Program-made: the position numbers and the translations under genes
Shown: in pieces, positions 9,628-20,154 of the stretch
How positions within the stretch are numbered: the first letter of the stretch is position 1
Layout: each line of letters opens with the position of its first letter
Virus record (IMG/VR): IMGVR_UViG_3300008261_000125
Location: 31,568-95,567 of that record
DNA length: 64,000 nucleotides
From: a virus
Direction: 5' to 3' (one strand)
Notes under the pieces: model-generated
The model's input: the letters and a program-made list of their open reading frames with translations, nothing else
Told to the model about the DNA's origin: nothing
Database searches by the model: none

Positions 9628-12600
9628 TTAACAAATGTTATCTTGTATATCTTTTTTAAGTTCATCTTCTGATTTCTCTGTGTAAGTTATATTAACATTT
9701 TTAATAGCTGATTGATTTTGTACTGCTGTATCAATATCCTCTTTACTATTTTGTATTCCTTGGATGTCAATTATTGATTTAATTTCATTAGGAATGTTTT
9801 CTGTTTTTACACTGATATCACCAGATAATCCTGATAAAGATACAGAATTTTCTTTTATTTCCTTTATTATATATCTACCATTTTTCTCTGGATTATCAAC
9901 TGATTCATACATAACTTCATAATTTCTGTCTTTAGCAACCTGAAGACTGTTAATGTTAATATTCTGATTTAATGTTTCTATAGTAGCTTGTTTACTCTCT
10001 GGTACTTCTACTTTAGCTTTTTCATTTTTAGGTGTACTCTCTCTTATATATGTAAGAACATTTCCATTATATAATACTTCAATTACATCAGTAGAAGGTT
10101 TGTCACCAACTGCTTTTTTAATCTTTTGTATAGTAACCTTTTCTCCAATAGGTAACTTGTTATCTTTAAAGAATTGAGTTACTCTTACTACTCTACCATC
10201 ATCTAACACTACATGATATGAACTCTCATCAGCTGCATTAGGATATACACCTTTTTGAAATACACCACTAAGTTGCTCACCTGGCTTAAGTTCATCAACA
10301 ATAGTTTTAAATTTCTTTTCTATTGATAACTCATTAAATTCTCCTACAGGTTTACCTTTTAAAGCTTTTAGTTCTGCATCATATCTAGTATTGATTTTAG
10401 TTACTTTGTTACCTAAGTGAGTACTTCTGTACTTTTCACCTTTTTCTTCATATCTTCTTTGGTCAAAAGTATTGTAACCTATTTTTGGTTCTAAAGATGT
10501 TTCAACTGTTTCAATAACTTTTCCATCTTTAACAATAGCAAGTTTTACATCTTTCCCTTTTACTTGCTCATTAGTATCATAAACATTTCCAGCAGAATCA
10601 ACTACATATAACTTTTTACCATCTTGCCTATTTTGTGCAGAAAGAAAATCTTGTTCTTGTTGTACATTTTTAAACTTAACAAATACAATTAAGTCATTAG
10701 GTTCATTTTGTTCTCCAGTAGCTGTTTTAAATCTTTGTGTTCTACCATCAGGTAACACAGTATAAACACTTCCTTTAGCTGTTTCAAAACTTTCTATATC
10801 AGCTTTCTTATCAGAAACAGTACCTTCTAAAGCAGCTAGTTCTGCATCGTAATCTCTATATGCAATAGCTTCTGCTTTTCTTATTCTATTACTAGCAAGA
10901 TTTTCAAATAGTTCAGAATCAGTAAATCCTTCTGAACCCATTGCTTTTCCTGTATCTGACACCACAGCTATTATCCAAGTCCATAATCCATTTTCTTTTC
11001 TTTTAGCCCTCCCAACTTTTACAGTACCATCAGATTGTTTTTTACTTATAAGAATTTCATCTTTTCCTTCAATATCTTCAATTTGAACTGGTCCAGAAGG
11101 TTTAACTTCTACAAATTGTCTATCAGACCCGTTAAAAAGAGTTGTTTTATTTAAATTTTTTAAATCTTCTTGTCTTCTCTCTTCTATATCAGCTTTCTTA
11201 GCTTTTAAATCTGTAGTAGTTTCGGTTCCAGTTGGTACTGGAGCTGCTACTTCTAATTTAGAAGGGATGTATTTATTTACAATCTCTTTAAATTCATTAT
11301 AATTAATCTTTGTTTTACTTGCTCTTGGTTCTTCTGTTAATGAGGTAATATTACCATCTAAATCTTCTTTTGTTTTAAAAGCTATAAGTTCTAAGTTAGT
11401 TACTTTTATTCCTGTAGTATTCTCTAATAAGTTTTTATATAGAGAAAGCTGTAGGGAATATTTTTCTTTCTTAGCAGACTTATCACTTTTGTTTCCAAAG
11501 TATTCCCATTTTGAACTAGTTTTCATGTCATATATTTTGTATTCTCCACCAGGAGTAACTACAAGTAAATCCATTTCACCAGCTATAGTTTGAGGCTTAC
11601 CATTTACTTCATTAGTTGTAACACCAGATAACACTAATCCACTAGCAACTACAACTTCATTTTGTTCAGCTAATTGTTGATCAAATTCAATTAATTTAGT
11701 TCTTAAATTGTTAAAAGCTGTCTCACTCATATTTGATGGTTTTATAAGTTCAACACCCTCAAAATAATCACGGACTAATTTATCTACAACATTACCTCTA
11801 ATTGTAGTTTCTTCATAAATATATTTTTCAAATAGCTTTTTAAAATTATCATTTGAAGTATTAGACTTAAGTTCTTCTTTAAATAGTTTTAATTTTCTAC
11901 CATTAAATTGTTTATTAAATAACTCTTGAGCTTTTTGTTTAGCTTCATTATCTTTATTATCTGCTAAATCTTTTTTAATAAATTCAAATATACTGTCTAC
12001 ATATGCTTCTCTATTTTTAGCATTTGCTTTAACAGTATCATCTTCTTGAGCTTTTATATAAGCATCAAGAATAGGAGCAGCAGATTTTTCAAATACAGCA
12101 AACTTGCTATAATCTGGATAATTTTCTTCTAAGATTTGATCAATAAGTTTTGTTACTCTAGTGTCTTTCTTTTCACCATTGATAATATAATTATTATCAA
12201 CTTTATCTTTATTAACTGTTCTCTTAGATAAAGCTTTAACAAGAGCTAATGCATTTTCTTGTTCAGGTGTCATTTTAATTGACAATCTGATTTTATAGTT
12301 AAGTGCTTGTTTAACTTTATTTAATTCATTTAAAACACTAGGTTCAGTTTTATATTTTTCTAAAAGCTCTTTATGTTTATTTTCAAGTTCCTTAAGTGTT
12401 AAGTTTAAATACTCTTGAAACTCAGCTGTTTTTTCATTTAGTATTTCTTTTTCTAATTGTTTTTTGAAATCATCAACAATATTTTTACCAGCTGGAAACT
12501 GTGTAGAAAATTCTTCAATAGTCATTTCATCACTAATATCTCCTGCTTTAATTAAAGCATTGTATTTTTCTTCTAGTTTAGCTTTAAGTTCATCAGGGTA

Positions 12601-15600
12601 TTCTTCATACTTAGCAGAATCAAATGATTTTAAAGTTTGTAGTTTCTCATCTTTTTTCTTTTGCTTTTCTAATTCAGCTTTTACAGTTACAATATTTAAA
12701 TGCATCTCCCATAACTCTAAAGCTTTATCAAAGTCAACACCTTGAGTTACTTGTTCATTTCTAGAAGGATCTATAAAATTAGTAGGAAGTATAGGTGTTT
12801 CCCCTTTATCCAAAGCTTTTTGATATTCAGCAATGTACTCTGCAGATAATGTTAAACCAGTTTCTTTTGTAATCTCATTTAAAGCATCATTTTTTTCTTG
12901 AAGCTTTACTAACAGATCAAACATTTTTTTTGCTTGTTCTGCTTTTTCTTTATCATGTTCAGTAATAGCTTGTTGAAGTCTATACTGTAAATTCATAAAA
13001 CCTTTAGGACTGCTTAGTACATTAATACTTTCAGCTAAACCTTGTCTGTCTTTTTGAATTTGTAATCCATCTTTTAATAAAGAAAATGCTTCATCCATGT
13101 CTTTATCAAAAACTATGGTATTATTTTTTTTACTTAAATATTTAGCATATTTAGCAAAAACCTTTTTAGCATTTTCATGTATCTTTTCTTTTTCAATAGG
13201 ATCAGTTGTTTTTTCTGCAGCTAATAACTCTTCTTGAAACTGTTCTAATATTTCAATTCTTTTTTCTTTATCTCTTTTAACATCAGCTTGTTCTGGTACA
13301 TTACCTAAAACTTTTACCTCATCTCTTAATAACTTAAGTTCTTTTTCTAAACTAGGAAGAGATAATACATTCATTAAAGATTGAGAATCTTCTTTAGCAA
13401 TATTACTAGACAATTTAGAAAATGAGTTATACATTTTCTCTAGTCTTTGACCATAATGCTGAAAAGTATTAGTAGCAAATACTAAGTTTTGTTGTGCTTT
13501 TCTCCAAGCAATGGATGAATTAACAGCTGCTAAATAAGCATCACTACCATGTTCATATTGATTTGGATTAAATGGATTTGGATAATTAGTAGCTACTTCT
13601 TCATAAGTTTCTTTAATCTTTTTAGCTCTGGCAATAACACCATCCATTGCTTTTAAAGCTTTACCTACATCTTCTTTAGCTACACCATATTTAGCAAATG
13701 CTTCAGCTGCTTCTTCTGGAGATAAGTTTTTATAATCTTCTAACTGATCTACAAATAAATCAAACTTACTTGTTTCTAATGCAGTCATTATATGATTATA
13801 TTCAATTTCTTCTTGAGCATCTTTAGCTTCTTTATGCTTACCTTCTTTAATAGCAGTATATAAATCATCTGATAAAGTACCATTTCTTATAACATTATGA
13901 ATTTCTGGAAAAAAATGTTTTAAATTATCTTTAGAAAGCTCATTTAATATCTTAACTTGTCTATCAATAGTTTCATCTCTTTTTCTCTTTGCTTCTTCAA
14001 TTTTAGATTTATCACCTGCTAGTTTAGAAAGTTTTGTAAATGACCAAGCAGGTACTGCCATAATAGGTTGAGCAAACATACCCATTAAGAAACCTCCAGC
14101 AAAAGTCTCAGCTCCTTCAGCAGAAAACTGATCTTTCATACCTTCCATAAAGTGACCCATGTAACCATGATATGCACCCATCTTAGGATCTTTAAAAACT
14201 GCAAGTGCATGATTAATTGCACCTTTAGAAATAGCTTCTTGAAGATTCTCTTGAATACCTTCAGCAAAGTTGGCTTTTAAATAGTTCATACCAACTTGAC
14301 CATATATTTTAGGTTGTGCTAATGACTTAGCAGCAGCTCTAGCTTTAGAACCAAAACCTTCACCTAATTTAGCAAAGCCTTCAGTTGTAGTTGCTTTTAA
14401 TGGTTTTGATGCTATGATGTCATCAAGTAATTTAACTGAGCTACCTCTACCTACCATTTTACGAATAGGTGCAAGCATTGTAGCATAAAGTAATTTATTA
14501 CTAGTCATGATTGCTGGTAAGTTCCAGAAAGCAGTTCTTCTAGCTTCTTCTCCTGATAATGCTTCTATTTTTGCAAGTTCTTTTTCATCAGGCTCTTGAC
14601 CAAAATGTGTTCTTTTATATTCATCAATCAATGCTTTGTTAGCATCAATTTTAACCATACCACCTTCTAACTTAGCTTCTGATACAGCAGTTTTAATACT
14701 AATAATATCATCTGCAAAAGCTCCGAATGTTTTAGTAGTCTTAATAAGATCAGTTGCATAATCAGTTTTCTCTAAAGCTTGTAATGTATTTTCAAATGGG
14801 TTTAATGTTCTTAAAGTACCCATTGCTATTTGTTTAGCCCCTAACTCACCAGCTTTTATAGAATTATAAAAGTTTCTAGCATCATTAAAACTTCTAATAC
14901 CCTTAATATTATCAGTAGCTTTTTTAACAGTCTCAGCTTCTTTAGCTAATCTTCCAGCAGCAGCAGCTTTTTCAGCACCTGCTACAGCTTCACCAAAACC
15001 CATTAATTTTCTAGTTGCCATACCTGCTTTAGCAGCCATTCCTGGTAATGTAACTTCACCAGCTAAACCACCTGTAAATGCAGTAACAGCTCCTAATGCA
15101 ACCTCTTCTGCTAAGAAGTCAGCAGCAATACCTATAGTGTAAGCAGAGTTTAAGAATGTATTAGTTACAAATCCACCTATACCACCAGAACTAGAGTTAC
15201 CAATAGCCATAGCTTTTTGCATTTCTCTAGCACTTTCAATATCCGGGGCTAATGGATCTGTGAATAAAGTACCCCATGCTTTAATACCTGATTTAAAACC
15301 AGTTAATGCTAAGTTATCCCATTGTGATGCAGCTCTTACAAACTGATCACCAAATGTCATCTTACTATTATATAGTGCTTCATTATCTCTAAAGGGGGAG
15401 AATCCTAAAGTTTTAAATTGATCAGTAGAGTAATATCTTTCAAAGTTAGCACCATCCACATCACCATTGTATGTATATGGTCTCATCTTTACATAATCAC
15501 TCTTAGAAGACTGAACATTTATATCAAATAGTTTTGCTTCATCTTTAGGACTAACAGCAGCAGTATTAATATCACTTAGTTTTGTTTTAGGATTAGTACC

Positions 15601-15762
15601 AGTTATTGGATTACCTACAACATTTTTATAAATATTTAAACTTGCAGGTTTTGCTGAATACTCTCCTAAGTCTGTAGTAACACCTGTGGTATTAATACTA
15701 GAAAAATCTTTAGGGGAAGCTGTGTTTACTGCTTCTTCAGATGTGTTTAATTCTTCTGCCAT
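9628..15762 (-). CDS. Large virion cargo/ejection protein with hydrophobic segments, coiled coils and a PD-(D/E)XK nuclease-like domain
   Basis: 2044 aa. Gly/Ala-rich hydrophobic stretches (VALGAVTAFTGGLAG, FAGGFLMGMFA). Nuclease-like motif RGNVVD...IAGEMDLLVV...IYDMKTS...YSLQLSLY. Adjacent to the RNAP gene. Confidence 0.7.
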   Translation of the reverse strand: MAEELNTSEEAVNTASPKDFSSINTTGVTTDLGEYSAKPASLNIYKNVVGNPITGTNPKTKLSDINTAAVSPKDEAKLFDINVQSSKSDYVKMRPYTYNGDVDGANFERYYSTDQFKTLGFSPFRDNEALYNSKMTFGDQFVRAASQWDNLALTGFKSGIKAWGTLFTDPLAPDIESAREMQKAMAIGNSSSGGIGGFVTNTFLNSAYTIGIAADFLAEEVALGAVTAFTGGLAGEVTLPGMAAKAGMATRKLMGFGEAVAGAEKAAAAGRLAKEAETVKKATDNIKGIRSFNDARNFYNSIKAGELGAKQIAMGTLRTLNPFENTLQALEKTDYATDLIKTTKTFGAFADDIISIKTAVSEAKLEGGMVKIDANKALIDEYKRTHFGQEPDEKELAKIEALSGEEARRTAFWNLPAIMTSNKLLYATMLAPIRKMVGRGSSVKLLDDIIASKPLKATTTEGFAKLGEGFGSKARAAAKSLAQPKIYGQVGMNYLKANFAEGIQENLQEAISKGAINHALAVFKDPKMGAYHGYMGHFMEGMKDQFSAEGAETFAGGFLMGMFAQPIMAVPAWSFTKLSKLAGDKSKIEEAKRKRDETIDRQVKILNELSKDNLKHFFPEIHNVIRNGTLSDDLYTAIKEGKHKEAKDAQEEIEYNHIMTALETSKFDLFVDQLEDYKNLSPEEAAEAFAKYGVAKEDVGKALKAMDGVIARAKKIKETYEEVATNYPNPFNPNQYEHGSDAYLAAVNSSIAWRKAQQNLVFATNTFQHYGQRLEKMYNSFSKLSSNIAKEDSQSLMNVLSLPSLEKELKLLRDEVKVLGNVPEQADVKRDKEKRIEILEQFQEELLAAEKTTDPIEKEKIHENAKKVFAKYAKYLSKKNNTIVFDKDMDEAFSLLKDGLQIQKDRQGLAESINVLSSPKGFMNLQYRLQQAITEHDKEKAEQAKKMFDLLVKLQEKNDALNEITKETGLTLSAEYIAEYQKALDKGETPILPTNFIDPSRNEQVTQGVDFDKALELWEMHLNIVTVKAELEKQKKKDEKLQTLKSFDSAKYEEYPDELKAKLEEKYNALIKAGDISDEMTIEEFSTQFPAGKNIVDDFKKQLEKEILNEKTAEFQEYLNLTLKELENKHKELLEKYKTEPSVLNELNKVKQALNYKIRLSIKMTPEQENALALVKALSKRTVNKDKVDNNYIINGEKKDTRVTKLIDQILEENYPDYSKFAVFEKSAAPILDAYIKAQEDDTVKANAKNREAYVDSIFEFIKKDLADNKDNEAKQKAQELFNKQFNGRKLKLFKEELKSNTSNDNFKKLFEKYIYEETTIRGNVVDKLVRDYFEGVELIKPSNMSETAFNNLRTKLIEFDQQLAEQNEVVVASGLVLSGVTTNEVNGKPQTIAGEMDLLVVTPGGEYKIYDMKTSSKWEYFGNKSDKSAKKEKYSLQLSLYKNLLENTTGIKVTNLELIAFKTKEDLDGNITSLTEEPRASKTKINYNEFKEIVNKYIPSKLEVAAPVPTGTETTTDLKAKKADIEERRQEDLKNLNKTTLFNGSDRQFVEVKPSGPVQIEDIEGKDEILISKKQSDGTVKVGRAKRKENGLWTWIIAVVSDTGKAMGSEGFTDSELFENLASNRIRKAEAIAYRDYDAELAALEGTVSDKKADIESFETAKGSVYTVLPDGRTQRFKTATGEQNEPNDLIVFVKFKNVQQEQDFLSAQNRQDGKKLYVVDSAGNVYDTNEQVKGKDVKLAIVKDGKVIETVETSLEPKIGYNTFDQRRYEEKGEKYRSTHLGNKVTKINTRYDAELKALKGKPVGEFNELSIEKKFKTIVDELKPGEQLSGVFQKGVYPNAADESSYHVVLDDGRVVRVTQFFKDNKLPIGEKVTIQKIKKAVGDKPSTDVIEVLYNGNVLTYIRESTPKNEKAKVEVPESKQATIETLNQNININSLQVAKDRNYEVMYESVDNPEKNGRYIIKEIKENSVSLSGLSGDISVKTENIPNEIKSIIDIQGIQNSKEDIDTAVQNQSAIKNVNITYTEKSEDELKKDIQDNIC

Positions 15763-15764
15763 AA

Positions 15765-18578
15765 CTATTTATTTTTATTTATTTCTCTAATAGCATCTTC
15801 TGCTGCTAAATTTCTTGCTTCTTGGTCCTTGAGTATTTGAAGTAATTGCGATTCTACTGCATTAATGTCTTCTAGATTATAACTATTATATGGAATATCT
15901 TGAGTTCTTGGTTGACCATTAATATATACTTTTTTATGATAAACAACATTAACTTCATTAGTTTCATCATCATAACTAAGATTTATTTTTCCAGCTTTGG
16001 GAAATGAATCAATAGTGTAATTTTTTTGAACTTTAAGAATAGGTGTTATATTACTTACTTCAGCTTCTTTTTTGAATACTGTATTTAAACTATTATCATA
16101 AAACAAAGTAAATTTAGATATGTCTTGACCATATAAAGGACCAGGATTTTCTTTAGTACCTACATATTTTTTAATATAATCTGGATCAAATCCACTAAAA
16201 GTAATAGCTGCCATATTTTTATTACCAGCAGCATAAGGACTAAGTTTTACATTAAATACAGGTCTAGTTCCTTTTTCTTTAGATGATGTAGTATTAACAT
16301 CATTTATTAATCCTGACATAAATTGTTTAACTAACTCTGTGTTATCTTTTTCAAATGATTCTTTAGAAGCATCACCTAATACTCCAGTAAATGAACCAGG
16401 TGTATTAACTAATTGATTAGTAACAGATGTTACATTTTTAAGAACTTTAGATTTATTTTTAGCATCTACAGTTGAGTAGTTTAAAGTACTAGCACCAATA
16501 GAACCTGTTCCTTGATAATCAGTAATTAATCCAGTAGCTTGTTTTAAACTAACTCCAGGGGTTGTGTTGTATGTTCTGTAAAACTGAGTTTTTAATGCTT
16601 CATAAGCATCTTCAGCATCTCCTTTATCAACACCATAATCCCCTTCAGAGTGTTTTTTTGATATATATTTTTGAATAAATTCTGCAGGTGCTTCTTTATC
16701 TGTATATAAAAATCCAGAAGAAGTTAATAATAAGTCTGCATATTTAGCTACAGGATTTTCTGAAGATACAGTTTTCTTGATTTCTCCTACTACTTTTTTA
16801 TTTGATGTTGTTAAATGTTTTATAGATGCATAGTAAGCATCATTAGTAGTTTTAATATCATGAATTTGTGAACCATATTTTTGCAATACTGGTTGAGCCC
16901 ATGCATAATCACCTTGAGGATTTTTACCTTCAGGAACTATTTTCATAGTAGCATCAAAAACAGATTTAGGAGAAGTTTTCTTTGCTGCCATTGCAGCAGT
17001 TAACTCTTGTTTGTTTGTAATTGATTTACTTCCTACTACTTGTTGTAAATATTGTTTAGCACCTACACTACCTTCTTTAGCAGCTTTTTGAGCAGCTATA
17101 ACCATATTATATACATAGTCAGTAGACATAGCATTTGCTTTAGCTTGATAGTCATGCATTTCTTTCCTAGTCATTTCAAATCCTGCTTCAGGATTATTGT
17201 CTAGATCTACTTGAACTTGAGTATTAGGGTCATTCTCATCAACTGTTAATGATGGTTCTTCACCATCTTCACCAGCAGTACCTTCTTTTCTAAGTTTTGC
17301 AAACTCTTTAAACTCTTCTAACTTAATATCTAAATCATGTTTTATTAACATTTTTTGTTTATCAAGTTCAAAATCTAAAAGTTTATTTTGTCTTGTAATA
17401 GCAGCTTGTTGTGCATTTACACCATAAGGGTTAGCCTTAACACTTTGTTTTTTTGTAATGTTAGCAAGTGATTCGCCTAAACTTCTAAAATCTTCATCTT
17501 TTAAAGTATTAGCTACAGCTATATCAACTCTATTTCTAAAACTACTTAAATCAGCACTTTGTAAATTATTGTTAACATTATCTATATCTGATTGAATAGC
17601 AGTTCTTTGAGCAGCTAATGATTCTTTAGTTTGAGGAATATTTTCTAAATAAGCTTCTTCTTCAGGAGTTAATCCTTTACCACTATCTCTTTGTTTTTGC
17701 AATTGTAATTGTCTACTATTTAAATTTTCATAAGATTTATTTAAATAGTTATAATTACTTTCTAGTTTTTTAAGACCTCTTTGCATTTCAGTTTGTATGT
17801 AATGTTTTTCAGCTTCTTCTTCAGAACCAAATTGAGCAGCATTACCTTTAACAAAATCTTTTCTTCTAACATAAGATTGGGTATTATAGTTAGATTGAAT
17901 TCTTGAATCATCCCCATAAATGTCTTTAAACAACGAATGTAATCCCCCACTTACTAATTGACCATTAGTGTTTGTAACAATCCATTCTTTAGTAACTTCA
18001 TCTTGAGAAACACCATAATTTAAATCTTTAGCAGCTTTAATAGCTTTAGTTTTCCAATCAAAGTATGGTGTATATTCTCCTATATCATATCTAAGAGCTT
18101 CATCATCACTTGCATTTTTAAACTCTTCCATTCTATATTGAAGAGATTTAACACCATCATCCCAATACTGACCTCCACATTTATCTGGATCTAAACATGA
18201 TTTTAATGATTCAGCTTTATCTAATTCAGCATAAGCCTTCTTAGTTTTAACCATATCATTAATCATATTTTTATCTTCATAAAAACCTTTAAACACATTT
18301 TCAGCAGCATCTACATTTTGTTGTAGTGATAAATCCATTCCAGATATTTTTTTAATATCTTCATCTATCACTTTGAAGAACTCATCCCTTCTTTTAACAT
18401 TACCTTCTCTCAACATTGGAGAGTAAAGTAACGAACCATATAAATCACTTACTTTCTTCTTAGCAGAATCATACCTAGTTTGTCTAGTCTGCATTACATT
18501 TGCTAAGAAATTATAATCAGGTCTGAATGGTTGAATTTGAGGAATGTAATCTGTTACACCATTAATATAAGTAGCCAT
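15765..18578 (-). CDS. Virion cargo protein (coiled-coil rich)
   Basis: 937-aa ORF in the cargo cluster upstream of the RNAP; no catalytic motif recognised. Confidence 0.55.
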   Translation of the reverse strand: MATYINGVTDYIPQIQPFRPDYNFLANVMQTRQTRYDSAKKKVSDLYGSLLYSPMLREGNVKRRDEFFKVIDEDIKKISGMDLSLQQNVDAAENVFKGFYEDKNMINDMVKTKKAYAELDKAESLKSCLDPDKCGGQYWDDGVKSLQYRMEEFKNASDDEALRYDIGEYTPYFDWKTKAIKAAKDLNYGVSQDEVTKEWIVTNTNGQLVSGGLHSLFKDIYGDDSRIQSNYNTQSYVRRKDFVKGNAAQFGSEEEAEKHYIQTEMQRGLKKLESNYNYLNKSYENLNSRQLQLQKQRDSGKGLTPEEEAYLENIPQTKESLAAQRTAIQSDIDNVNNNLQSADLSSFRNRVDIAVANTLKDEDFRSLGESLANITKKQSVKANPYGVNAQQAAITRQNKLLDFELDKQKMLIKHDLDIKLEEFKEFAKLRKEGTAGEDGEEPSLTVDENDPNTQVQVDLDNNPEAGFEMTRKEMHDYQAKANAMSTDYVYNMVIAAQKAAKEGSVGAKQYLQQVVGSKSITNKQELTAAMAAKKTSPKSVFDATMKIVPEGKNPQGDYAWAQPVLQKYGSQIHDIKTTNDAYYASIKHLTTSNKKVVGEIKKTVSSENPVAKYADLLLTSSGFLYTDKEAPAEFIQKYISKKHSEGDYGVDKGDAEDAYEALKTQFYRTYNTTPGVSLKQATGLITDYQGTGSIGASTLNYSTVDAKNKSKVLKNVTSVTNQLVNTPGSFTGVLGDASKESFEKDNTELVKQFMSGLINDVNTTSSKEKGTRPVFNVKLSPYAAGNKNMAAITFSGFDPDYIKKYVGTKENPGPLYGQDISKFTLFYDNSLNTVFKKEAEVSNITPILKVQKNYTIDSFPKAGKINLSYDDETNEVNVVYHKKVYINGQPRTQDIPYNSYNLEDINAVESQLLQILKDQEARNLAAEDAIREINKNK

Positions 18579-18646
18579 GTTTTAAAATCAATTTATGTTT
18601 AAATATACAAAATTTAAAAAGAGTGATAATACACTTTAAAAGTTTA

Positions 18647-20143
18647 TTATGCTGTTGAACCTGGATATCCAGGAGGTATTGATCTTTCATTATCTTCACC
18701 TGTATTAACTTTTTGATTTTTTAAATAATCAAGAGCATCTTTTGGAGTTAAACCTGGTATATCTCTCATTAATTTTCTTACTTGTGCAGTAATATCATTA
18801 TTAGTAGGGGAGGTAGGAGTAAAATTGTTTGTTGGATCAAAATTAATTAAACCACCACTTGAAGGATCTGTATAGTAGTTAGGATATAATGTATTTAAGT
18901 TAGCAGTATTAGCTCTATTAGTAATAGCATCCATATATGATTGTCTGATATTTTGTCTAGCTTGAGCTTTACTATTATCAAACTGTTGATTAAGTACTGT
19001 ATACTTATCCCATAACTGAGTATCTAAATTAGCTTTGTTTTGTGAAGCTTGATTTAAGATATTAGTTCTTTCTTGAGATAACTGATTAGATAGTCCTACA
19101 TTTAAGTTATTATATCTGCTCATTATGTCTGCTGCATTCTTACCTGCTTGTCCTTGAGCTGCTGACATTTGGGCTGCTAGTTGTCTTGGATCAGTAAAGG
19201 AAGCTGCAGCTTGTGCTGATATATTAGCTTGTTCTGCATTAGCAGCAAGTTCTCTAGTTGGATCATAGAAGGTAGCTTCTGGCAATCTTACTTGAGGAGT
19301 AGCTTGCCAAGGCATGTATCTTTTAATTCTAGCTTTATCTCCTACAGCTCCAGCTACTTTAATAATATCTTGCAACCACCAAGGAGCTTGACCTTGTGGA
19401 CCTAATGGTGGAGGAGGATTTCTTTGAAAATCATCTCTAGTAATTTCTTCTTCAGGTTTTTCAGTTGGAGTTGTACTAGTATCTTTTGGTGTTTTTACTG
19501 GTTCATCAGTTATGTAAGTTGTATATTCATAAGGTTTGTCTAAATCTTCAACCCAATATTTTTTATTATCTTGAGAAACAAAATTCTCACGACTCATTAA
19601 CTTATCATATTCATCTTTGCTAACTTTTTTAACTTGAGGTACTACAGCTCTAAACCACCATTGTTGATCTTTGTAAGAATTTACAACATCATCTTTAGAA
19701 AGTTTACCAGATTTCACAGACTCATGAACATCTGACATTGTAGGTACTTTACTAGTCTTATTTAAAGATTGCCAAGTTTTAATTAATTTATTATTAGGTT
19801 TAGGATTTCTATATAACATAAAATCATAAACCAACTCAGGAAGTTTACCACCTGAATATTGTTGAAGTTCATTAATACCTTGCCTCACAGCTTTGTCTAT
19901 ATCAGTAGAACTATTTGACTTAGGTTGGATAGGTGGTAGTTCAACTCTAGCTCTAAGCTCATTAAGTCTTTTTAAACCTTTTTCACCATAAGCTTCTTTT
20001 TCTCCATAACCTGCTTGCTTTTCAGCTTTATGATATTCATAATCTTGTACTTCTTCGTCAGTTGCTTTTCTTAAGTCAGTATATGTTTTACCATCATCTG
20101 TACTTTTTTGAAGCATTCCATTATATATTCTAAATTTGTCCAT
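18647..20143 (-). CDS. Putative virion cargo protein with Q/N/A-rich helical C-terminus
   Basis: 498 aa. PWWLQD motif followed by a Q/A/N-rich coiled coil; position in the cargo cluster. Confidence 0.5.
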   Translation of the reverse strand: MDKFRIYNGMLQKSTDDGKTYTDLRKATDEEVQDYEYHKAEKQAGYGEKEAYGEKGLKRLNELRARVELPPIQPKSNSSTDIDKAVRQGINELQQYSGGKLPELVYDFMLYRNPKPNNKLIKTWQSLNKTSKVPTMSDVHESVKSGKLSKDDVVNSYKDQQWWFRAVVPQVKKVSKDEYDKLMSRENFVSQDNKKYWVEDLDKPYEYTTYITDEPVKTPKDTSTTPTEKPEEEITRDDFQRNPPPPLGPQGQAPWWLQDIIKVAGAVGDKARIKRYMPWQATPQVRLPEATFYDPTRELAANAEQANISAQAAASFTDPRQLAAQMSAAQGQAGKNAADIMSRYNNLNVGLSNQLSQERTNILNQASQNKANLDTQLWDKYTVLNQQFDNSKAQARQNIRQSYMDAITNRANTANLNTLYPNYYTDPSSGGLINFDPTNNFTPTSPTNNDITAQVRKLMRDIPGLTPKDALDYLKNQKVNTGEDNERSIPPGYPGSTA

Positions 20144-20154
20144 AAATAAATTTT

